Both the position numbers and the translations under genes were made by a program. The notes beneath the pieces were generated by a model. It saw only the letters and a program-made list of their open reading frames with translations. It was not told the DNA's origin and ran no database searches. This document shows, piece after piece, positions 24,721 through 31,946 of a DNA stretch of 64,000 nucleotides (position 1 is the first letter of the stretch; every line of letters begins with the position of its first letter). This stretch comes from a virus, in IMG/VR virus record IMGVR_UViG_3300002054_000060; one strand, 5' to 3'.

Positions 24721-25454
24721 GGGGTTGCCTCTGCTTGCAAGTGGCCTTGTGTTTGGATGAACGCTGCCGTGGCGACTGGCGCTACCTGTTCAGCGAAGCC
24801 CAACAGCACTTGGGCGTATGCGCGGATTTCAGCCTGTGCGTGGGGGTGGGTGCGTTCAGCGATGAACTTGTACAAGTTGTGCAGGTTCGTGGTCACAAAC
24901 GCATGGGAGTAGATACCGGTGCCCAAGACTGACCTGGCGAGCTCCCTGGGGCAGCCTTGCTCGAGCAGCACCTCGTAAAGCTCGTAGCTTTGTTTGTTGT
25001 GCGCTGCGATGGCTGCGCTGATGGCTTGAGCGTTCTCGTTGTGGGAGTGTTCATCCCGCATCTGCTTGTTATCTGAGCTTTGGGTGCCGATAGACTCTGG
25101 GCTGGGGGTGTAGAACTCGTTGGGGAGTGCCTTGTAGCGCGCGCTGATTTCATTGACTGAAATTGTGCGATGTCTGAAAAGCTGCCGGAATACGAAGATG
25201 GGTGCCTTGATTTCGTAAGTGAGCGTCACCGATTCCAGTGGTGTGTTATGAGAGTTACGCACCAAGTAACCGATGAGCCTGGCATCGCTGCCTTTGTCCT
25301 CACCGGCACGCCACGCCGCGTCGTAGGACACCCGGGCGTTACGCACAATCGACAAATCAGACCCCATGCTGTCGATGAGCCTGAGCATTCCGTGGTCAAG
25401 GACTGGGATGGCCTCCCGGAGTGGCGCCATGACTTCTTTGACCTTCCGCATCAC
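24717..25454 (-). CDS. thyX: flavin-dependent thymidylate synthase
   Basis: RHRTISVNEISARY signature; HNTPLES; ELARSVL; HAQAEIR. Confidence 0.97.
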   Translation of the reverse strand: MMRKVKEVMAPLREAIPVLDHGMLRLIDSMGSDLSIVRNARVSYDAAWRAGEDKGSDARLIGYLVRNSHNTPLESVTLTYEIKAPIFVFRQLFRHRTISVNEISARYKALPNEFYTPSPESIGTQSSDNKQMRDEHSHNENAQAISAAIAAHNKQSYELYEVLLEQGCPRELARSVLGTGIYSHAFVTTNLHNLYKFIAERTHPHAQAEIRAYAQVLLGFAEQVAPVATAAFIQTQGHLQAEATP

Positions 25455-25870
25455 GCTGCGTCTCCGGAGTGGGGGCCACCGTCTTCGTCATCGATGTCGA
25501 GTTGGCCTACCTCGATGTTGGAGTCATCACCTGGGGTGCGTTGGTTGATGCCGACGACGTTGACGCCGCGCTTGAGCTTTTGGGGCGCTCCTTTTGGCTC
25601 TACCGCTGTTGGCACGCCAGTTAGCGCTAGTTGCTGTTCACCTGATGGCAACGCCGGCACCGGCGCTTGGGCAGCACGCCACCGTTCCCACGCGATGATC
25701 CGGGTCATGGCTGCTTTTTGGCCCCGTTCAGTGGGCAGGTCAGCCGCCTGGGCGACGTAACGCTCAATAAGCGCCTTGGCGCTTGATTCCGCCTCGTAGG
25801 CGAGCACCTGTGCGGGGTCTGCGTGTTGGAACTGGTTGTCGTCAGAAACGTAGAAGGTGGCTTTTCTCAT
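25451..25870 (-). CDS. hypothetical protein
   Basis: Start reset to ATG 25870 (MRKATFYV); TGAT coupling to thyX. Confidence 0.65.
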   Translation of the reverse strand: MRKATFYVSDDNQFQHADPAQVLAYEAESSAKALIERYVAQAADLPTERGQKAAMTRIIAWERWRAAQAPVPALPSGEQQLALTGVPTAVEPKGAPQKLKRGVNVVGINQRTPGDDSNIEVGQLDIDDEDGGPHSGDAA

Positions 25871-26021
25871 AGTGGTTTGGCAGTGCCTCTGGGTTGGGGT
25901 GTTTTGAAACTGCAATGGGAGTTACGCGCCACGCAGGCGCAGCCGTGCCGTGCATGGCGGTGAGCTTTTTGGGGCGCTTTTTGGGGAGCAGGGGCTCTTT
26001 GCCCTCCGCTGTCGGGTATGC

Positions 26022-26063
26022 AAAAAAAAGAGCGGGCCCACTTGGAGAAGTCAGGGGCGCTCT
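26022..26063 (-). terminator. probable terminator on - strand
   Basis: Imperfect AGAGCG..CCC stem followed by a T run on the - strand. Confidence 0.55.
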
Positions 26064-26142
26064 GGAGTAGTGCGCCCGACCCGCTGTTGGCAATTCCCGA
26101 AGAAAGACAGAACAACGTACTGAGTGCCCGCACCAATACTAG

Positions 26143-26154
26143 GTAATCACTTAC
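26143..26154. promoter_or_regulatory. 12-bp box (GTAATCACTTAC)
   Basis: Intergenic, upstream of the thyX operon; 11/12 match. Confidence 0.65.
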
Positions 26155-26211
26155 GTAGCTGCACGGGCCCACGCACTTTGCCATAACGACGCCGGCAAGC
26201 ACAAGCGCGCC

Positions 26212-26505
26212 TTACTCCGTGTCTTTTTTCAACAGACTCGCGATATACCTGTCGTTGAGCAGCATGGCCTGGTTGATGGTGGCTTGCAGAGCGCGCAGCA
26301 TGGCGCCGTTGTCCTGCGCGTCCTCTATGTCCATCGCCATGAGAGACACCGCGCACGAGCGCTGTGAGTTATCGCTGATGATGATTTCACCGACCAGGAT
26401 GGGCGGCGATTCAGTCTTCTGCGGGGGCTCATCAAACTCCATATCGAGTTGCACCGCTGCGATGCCGTGCTCGCGGAGAAACTGCCGGGTGTGGATACTT
26501 TTCAT
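26212..26505 (-). CDS. hypothetical protein
   Basis: Start reset to ATG 26505 (MKSIHTRQF). Confidence 0.6.
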   Translation of the reverse strand: MKSIHTRQFLREHGIAAVQLDMEFDEPPQKTESPPILVGEIIISDNSQRSCAVSLMAMDIEDAQDNGAMLRALQATINQAMLLNDRYIASLLKKDTE

Positions 26506-26522
26506 GAGAGTTTTGCTCGCTG

Positions 26523-26666
26523 TTATTCGCCAGAGGCAGCCTTGCGCTTGCTGCGCTTTTTGGATTTCGCCTTGGCCTTGGCCTTGCTTTTGGCTTTTTT
26601 CTTGGGCTTGGGGGCCTGCGCAGCAACCGGCTCCGCGTCCTGCCTGAATGTGTATTTCTCGCTCAT
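26523..26666 (-). CDS. 47-aa Lys/Ala-rich basic mini-protein
   Basis: MSEKYTFRQDAEPVAAQAPKPKKKAKSKAKAKAKSKKRSKRKAASGE. Confidence 0.55.
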   Translation of the reverse strand: MSEKYTFRQDAEPVAAQAPKPKKKAKSKAKAKAKSKKRSKRKAASGE

Positions 26667-26713
26667 GGCTCTGGCGTGGCAACTCTGACTATAAGGGGAG
26701 CAATCAGTGTAAA

Positions 26714-26725
26714 GTAAGTGCTTAC
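26714..26725. promoter_or_regulatory. 12-bp box, symmetric form GTAAGTGCTTAC, in a divergent promoter region
   Basis: Between - strand gene 26666 and + strand gene 26766. Confidence 0.8.
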
Positions 26726-26765
26726 CTAATTGTGTTCGCACTATCAAAACTGGAGCAACCCCTAG

Positions 26766-27353
26766 ATGTCGGAACTTGTCGCAGACCAGTGGCACCAGAT
26801 AGCGTTCACCGCGGAGGCGCTCGCTAGCCAGTGGGCCACGATTTCGTTGGCAACATACAACGATGACGCATCGCTACTGTGCAAGATCACGCTCAACGCG
26901 GCGGAGTACGGCGACCGGTGGCACTTGTGGCGCCTCGTCGAATCTGGTGAATACCAGCTTTTGCCGCTGGGGAGCGATGTGCCGCCAGCAGCAGGAATGT
27001 GGATGCGCCACAAATCTCCAACGCCGGAATGTGTGACAGAGGAGGAACCGGCGCGCAAGCGCTTTGAGACCGATGTAGAGCTGGAATTGTTTGTGGGCTG
27101 GCAAATGGCGGGCAACCCCTTCCACCTGCAAGACGTTGACGTAAACAGCCTGAAAATTACTGGGCCCGGTTGCGCAGCAGGGTGCCCAATAAGCCGTGCC
27201 GCGAAGGTGGGTCTTGTCAGCGATAACCTCTGGCGCTGGAATGGCGACAACTACGTAGACTTGCTTGCAGCAGAAGGGGAGCTGGCCCCAGGCGCTGCCT
27301 TCTGGATACGCGCCTATGAGTCAGTCACGATTGAGTTCCCACTGCCCGATTAA
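26766..27353 (+). CDS. two-repeat beta-domain protein of extracellular type
   Basis: Internal repeat L..(DQ/GW)W......W....Y..L....(V/L)xPxA(G/A)xWxR. Confidence 0.65.
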   Translation: MSELVADQWHQIAFTAEALASQWATISLATYNDDASLLCKITLNAAEYGDRWHLWRLVESGEYQLLPLGSDVPPAAGMWMRHKSPTPECVTEEEPARKRFETDVELELFVGWQMAGNPFHLQDVDVNSLKITGPGCAAGCPISRAAKVGLVSDNLWRWNGDNYVDLLAAEGELAPGAAFWIRAYESVTIEFPLPD

Positions 27354-27398
27354 CCAATTGCATAATGCAACTCCACCCAACGTAGAGCACTAACTTAA

Positions 27399-28475
27399 AT
27401 GAAAATGTACGCACTACTTGCTGCACCCTTGCTGGCGTTTGCGCTGGCATCGGGCGCAGCGTCCGACGACGACATGGCTACTGTGGCTCCTATGTCACCA
27501 ACCAACTTAGCTGTGCAGAGTAACGATGCCGGGGTACTACTCACATGGGACGCAGTAGATGCTGCGCTCTCTTATGATGTATATCGCTCCGACACTGGCG
27601 AGAGCATCACTGAGGTCATGGGCACTGAGTTCATAGACACCGCGATGCCATCAGCCACGGGATACTTTGTCACTGCCTGTGATGCTTTCCGCGTCTGCTC
27701 TGTTCCGAGCGAGAGTGTGAGATTGCCGGACGCGCCCATCATCGACGCTGGCGTAGCGGATGACCCTGCTGTGCCATCTAACGTGACCTATGTACTCAAC
27801 GTCTCAGGGGGCGCCACTATCAACTTTGATGCTGTCGTGGGGGCTGTGGGTTACCTGCTGCATATCAATGGCGAGTTCAGCTCTTTCACCATTGCAGGCA
27901 CCAGCTTCATGGTCGATGCGTTCGATGTGACCGCGATTTACCAAGTGAGTGCTTACTTGCCTATGGCGATGATCACACACCCGGGGAAGTCCGTCGCAGC
28001 GATTGCTTTCGACGACACCGGTACCGGGGGTGGCACTGACGACCTTGCGGTGGCACTGAATCGCATCGCAGAGCTTGAACTGGCGCTAGCCACAGCGACC
28101 GGGGATCTCACCGCAGCGAATGCGACGATCGCCGAGCGTGACGCGACCATTGTGGAGCTTAGATTGGTTATCGACACCGACGCTGACGGCGCGGAATTGC
28201 AGCTTGCGCTCAACGAAGCCTCTGTGCTGATTGCGGATCAAACGACGCTCATAGCAGATCAAGCCGATGTGATATCAGAGCTTGAGACGCGAGCCGGTAC
28301 AGACGCTGGCACGATTGCGCAACTCGAGGCCGATCTGCGCCTTTGCTTGGCTAGCGACACACCAGCGGACGATACGCCCACGGATGAAGCGCCTGTAGAC
28401 GAGACTCCAGTGGATGAAGCGCCTGCGGAAGAGACACCAGTGGGGGACATGCCGCCTCCGCCGCCTGGTGGTTAA
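27399..28475 (+). CDS. secreted FN3-like protein with coiled coil and acidic/Pro-rich tail
   Basis: Signal peptide MKMYALLAAPLLAFALASG; PTNLAV....VLLTWDAV....YDVYRS FN3 pattern; 5-aa DE(A/T)PV repeats. Confidence 0.75.
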   Translation: MKMYALLAAPLLAFALASGAASDDDMATVAPMSPTNLAVQSNDAGVLLTWDAVDAALSYDVYRSDTGESITEVMGTEFIDTAMPSATGYFVTACDAFRVCSVPSESVRLPDAPIIDAGVADDPAVPSNVTYVLNVSGGATINFDAVVGAVGYLLHINGEFSSFTIAGTSFMVDAFDVTAIYQVSAYLPMAMITHPGKSVAAIAFDDTGTGGGTDDLAVALNRIAELELALATATGDLTAANATIAERDATIVELRLVIDTDADGAELQLALNEASVLIADQTTLIADQADVISELETRAGTDAGTIAQLEADLRLCLASDTPADDTPTDEAPVDETPVDEAPAEETPVGDMPPPPPGG

Positions 28476-28596
28476 TCCATCAGCGCCTAGTGCGCTGATT
28501 CAGTAGCAACAGAGGCCGCGTTCCTTGATACAGGAGCGTGGCCTTTTCTCGTTTTGCACGCCACACAATTGATTGATCCAAGAGAGCTTCTGAATC

Positions 28597-29367
28597 ATGA
28601 GCACGCAGCGACTCAAGGCCAGCCCACTCTTTCACACAGACTTCAATGGACCGAAGCTCGACCTGCCCAAACACCTGATTAAGCGCAGCAGTGGCGCGCT
28701 GGAGCTGCGCGGTGGCGCCGGTGTAAAGCAAGGCGGCATGTGGCTGGTCGGGTGGCCTGAGACAACGTTCGCCCCGCAGTGCAGAATCAGAGTGCGGCTC
28801 GACTACTCCAACATGCGACCCAACGGCCAAAGCGCCTTGATATGGACGATGCCTGCTCCGCTTGGCAAGGCGCTGAACTACAGCGATCAGCAAAGCATAG
28901 ATGTCGAGGTCAACATGGGTTTCAACCCTGCGCGGCCCGAGCTACTGAGCTGTTACCTGGTTGCCGGCAGCGCCGTTCGATTCGGAGAGGTCATCAACGT
29001 CACTCACAAGCACGGTATAGACATACAGCAGGGTGAGCACGACCTTTGGATTGACTGGGGACTGGATCACGTCGCTTGGGGCATTGATGCCGTGGAGCTA
29101 CAGCGCAGCACGGAGCTTGTGCCCACGATGCCTGCCAAGCTGGTGCTGTCACGTGAGATGAATGGCAACAGCACAACAGCGTCACCAGATGACGTGGCGA
29201 AGTTTCTGAGCGTCACAGTGCAGGAATACGACGACGGGATATCCTTGGCAGAGCGCAGAGCACAATTGCGCACGCGCTCCGCAGCGATGCAGGCTCACAT
29301 CCGGCAACTAACCACTCGCAAAGCAGAGCTTGCTGAGCGCGCCCGTAAGTTCGAGCGCTACACCTGA
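28597..29367 (+). CDS. GH16/ConA-fold-like protein with C-terminal coiled coil
   Basis: FHTDFNGPKLD; SIDVE; HDLWIDWGLDHVAWGIDA match GH16 landmarks. Confidence 0.6.
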   Translation: MSTQRLKASPLFHTDFNGPKLDLPKHLIKRSSGALELRGGAGVKQGGMWLVGWPETTFAPQCRIRVRLDYSNMRPNGQSALIWTMPAPLGKALNYSDQQSIDVEVNMGFNPARPELLSCYLVAGSAVRFGEVINVTHKHGIDIQQGEHDLWIDWGLDHVAWGIDAVELQRSTELVPTMPAKLVLSREMNGNSTTASPDDVAKFLSVTVQEYDDGISLAERRAQLRTRSAAMQAHIRQLTTRKAELAERARKFERYT

Positions 29368-30176
29368 TGAACACACGCATCGCTTGCCTGTGCTCTTTAC
29401 TGGGCGCAGCTTTGTTCTCCCTCTCTTCGGAAGGGGCAGTAGTGAACCCCAAGCACTCCGATGCGCGGTGTCTCGAGATGCCTGACACCGGAGTGTCAGT
29501 GCTTGATCGCGCCGTCTGGCATGAGTGGTTTGGCGACTCGCTGCGCTGGGCCTCCGGCAATGAGCATCTCTCGTTTATCGGTGGCGAGTTACGTCAGCGC
29601 TTTGTGCCTGCGGACAATGGCACCGATCGTGTCACTGCTGCCATCGACATCGCCCCGCACAAGGTCTACCAGATCACGCAGCGCATCACGCTCGAGCCCG
29701 GTTGGTCATGGGGCATTCGACACCAGGGTGGCAAAATGGGTTTCTCCGTCGCTGGCGGTTCCACTCCCACCGGTGGTGAGATCAAGCCAGACGGCTTCAC
29801 AGCGCGAATTGGATTTAGGGGCAACAATGACGGCACAGGCCGCTTAATGCTCTACAGCTACGCCGCGGATAGAAACACCGACATCGGTGTGGATTACGTC
29901 ATATACCCCGGCACCATAACCCCGGGCATTCCACTCGATGTCACCACAGAGGTGGGCGTCAACAGCGCCGCTCATTTGTCGGATGGATGGGTGAAGGTTT
30001 GGTACAGCGAAAAACTCGTGCTGAGTCGTAAAGGCATTCAGTGGCAGAGCAAAGGGGAGCCCATCATCGACGTGCTGATGTACTCCACCTTCTTTGGGGG
30101 CAACACTGCTGAGTGGGCCCCTGAGCACACGAGCTACGCACGCATCAGTCGCGTGTGCTGGAAACCGGTGTTGTAG
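29367..30176 (+). CDS. polysaccharide lyase family 14-like (alginate lyase-like), secreted
   Basis: Signal peptide; GGKM..GG, DGFTARIGF, DGWVKVW and STFFGG..EWAP motifs of PL14. Confidence 0.7.
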   Translation: MNTRIACLCSLLGAALFSLSSEGAVVNPKHSDARCLEMPDTGVSVLDRAVWHEWFGDSLRWASGNEHLSFIGGELRQRFVPADNGTDRVTAAIDIAPHKVYQITQRITLEPGWSWGIRHQGGKMGFSVAGGSTPTGGEIKPDGFTARIGFRGNNDGTGRLMLYSYAADRNTDIGVDYVIYPGTITPGIPLDVTTEVGVNSAAHLSDGWVKVWYSEKLVLSRKGIQWQSKGEPIIDVLMYSTFFGGNTAEWAPEHTSYARISRVCWKPVL

Positions 30177-30552
30177 GAAATGTTATCCCAAGCAGTTTTG
30201 CTACTGCATTCCAGTCCACGTAGGGCCTGTTTTTGCCCAGCACGAGAGGGCAGCCCAGCGCTGCGTCGTCAATGTAGGTGTGCGCATACGCCTTGGGGCT
30301 TTGTGTCCAGCTCTTCTGAATAGGGTTTTCGTTGACGCCAAACAGCGGTATGTTGTGACTGTCGAACCACGCTTTTGCTTCACTCAGAGGTTCGCCCGAT
30401 CTCATGGTCCAGAGAATAAGCTGATCGCCTCGCGCTGCCAGGGCCTTGAGTGTTTCTGCAGCCCCTGGAACATCTGGCCCAACGTCGGGGTATTCATGTT
30501 CGACACAGGTGCCGTCAAAATCGATTGCGTAAATTGTCATGGCTTTAGTCAA
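30145..30552 (-). CDS. HAD-superfamily phosphatase (BT0820-like)
   Basis: IAIDFDGT motif I; LILWTMR; VNENP; YIDD. Confidence 0.9.
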   Translation of the reverse strand: MTKAMTIYAIDFDGTCVEHEYPDVGPDVPGAAETLKALAARGDQLILWTMRSGEPLSEAKAWFDSHNIPLFGVNENPIQKSWTQSPKAYAHTYIDDAALGCPLVLGKNRPYVDWNAVAKLLGITFPTTPVSSTRD

Positions 30553-31105
30553 TTGGCGTCTTGAGGTGTAGCGCTGCTATCGCTGTCAAAATGTCATCGA
30601 TGGATCCCGCGTTCTCCAGCACGAAATCAACGTCATCTTCGTGCAAGCCTGCTTCGCTGCTGTGTGATCCGTTGGCGCACGCGCTGGCGTTGTACCCCTC
30701 GTAGGAGGGCTTTATCTGCACGATCACGCCACCGAGCTCGCGTATAGCAGTGGCCTCATTTGCGTAGCGCACGTCGTCGCAGACCAAGCACTTGCCGGCG
30801 TGCAGCAAAGGCATCGCATTCATTCGCAGATGTTCCACCCAGAGATCCGGGTGTATAGAGCGACCCCAATCCCCCAGTGTCTGCATCCCGTAGCGTGCAG
30901 AGCGCCCCAGGAGCTCAGGGCACGACTCATTCTTTTCGTTGCCATACAGTGCGGATGGACTTACCCCCAAAGCGCCTATCATGGTCTTAATAGGGCTGGC
31001 AAAGCTGACCTTTTGCCACTTGTGATCATGAATAAGGTGCTTCGCCACCGTGGACTTACCACTGTGAGCTGGGCCTGAGAGCCCTATGATTGCGTGACCA
31101 CTCAT
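30545..31105 (-). CDS. deoxynucleoside monophosphate kinase
   Basis: IIGLSGPAHSGKST; FASPIK; MQTLG.WGR; DDVRYANEA; HSSE. Confidence 0.9.
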   Translation of the reverse strand: MSGHAIIGLSGPAHSGKSTVAKHLIHDHKWQKVSFASPIKTMIGALGVSPSALYGNEKNESCPELLGRSARYGMQTLGDWGRSIHPDLWVEHLRMNAMPLLHAGKCLVCDDVRYANEATAIRELGGVIVQIKPSYEGYNASACANGSHSSEAGLHEDDVDFVLENAGSIDDILTAIAALHLKTPID

Positions 31106-31455
31106 GTGTTTTTCTCCGCTCGATTGGCCTGCTCACTTAGGTCAACCGCTTGGCCCTCAACAAAAAGCGTTTCGCAGTCACGCCGGTAAACCTGATGCTC
31201 TGCATCTTCGACCAGGTTCTGCTGATCGTCGCGGGCAACAAGGCAGTATTTTTCTTGGTTGATCGGCTTTACCAGCACGGTCTCCCCCAGTAAGTGCCCG
31301 TACCAAATCTGGTCATACGCCAGGGAGATGATCTTGACTAGCCTTGCTGACATGCTGTTCTCGTGCAGTGGGGTGAATCGATCGGGTTCTATCTCGCTCA
31401 CCGCGGCGTCACTCCAGACGAGCACCTGGGCGGGGCGAGGGGGTTGTTCAGTCAC
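31102..31455 (-). CDS. hypothetical protein
   Basis: GTG start, coupled to the dNMP kinase. Confidence 0.65.
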   Translation of the reverse strand: MTEQPPRPAQVLVWSDAAVSEIEPDRFTPLHENSMSARLVKIISLAYDQIWYGHLLGETVLVKPINQEKYCLVARDDQQNLVEDAEHQVYRRDCETLFVEGQAVDLSEQANRAEKNT

Positions 31456-31462
31456 AATATCA

Positions 31463-31474
31463 GTATGTGCTTAC
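31463..31474 (-). promoter_or_regulatory. 12-bp box variant (ATA-GTAAGCACATAC on - strand)
   Basis: Directly upstream of GTG 31455; 11/12 match with the ATAGT context. Confidence 0.65.
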
Positions 31475-31521
31475 TATTTTGCTTACGCAAAGCAGGACGC
31501 AGTGCGCGCTGCTAGTGCTGC

Positions 31522-31854
31522 TCACTCTAACTCGCCGTTTTCCATCTTGGCTTTGAGCGCGAGCAGCTCTTCGACCTCTTCGGTGGTCATGTTGGAGACC
31601 AGCTTTTTCTTCTTGGACCGGTGCTTGCGAATCTCTTGGCGCTCAGCCCGCAGTTTCTCAAGCTCTTCTCGGAATCGATCACTTAGAGACTCGGTGGAAA
31701 GAATCATAGCGCCGACAAAATCCTCCTGCGTCACCTGATTTTCACTGGTCAGGCGCTTGAGTTGTTCAAGCGCGGCTTCGGTAAGATAGAACGTGCGTCT
31801 GGCGCCGGGTCGAGCCTCTGAAATGGGCCTGAGTGCCGCTGATTTGGTGCTCAT
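31522..31854 (-). CDS. putative ribbon-helix-helix DNA-binding protein
   Basis: RRTFYLTEAALEQLKRL..E..VTQEDFV beta-alpha-alpha pattern followed by a coiled coil. Confidence 0.55.
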   Translation of the reverse strand: MSTKSAALRPISEARPGARRTFYLTEAALEQLKRLTSENQVTQEDFVGAMILSTESLSDRFREELEKLRAERQEIRKHRSKKKKLVSNMTTEEVEELLALKAKMENGELE

Positions 31855-31934
31855 TTTCTACGCCTCTTTGGTGGAATTTTTGTATTAAGTTAAATAATAG
31901 TCTTGCATCTAGTAATTATGACATGTATTCGCAG

Positions 31935-31946
31935 GTAAGCGCTCAC
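31935..31946. promoter_or_regulatory. 12-bp box variant (GTAAGCGCTCAC)
   Basis: In the AT-rich gap upstream of 31854. Confidence 0.6.
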
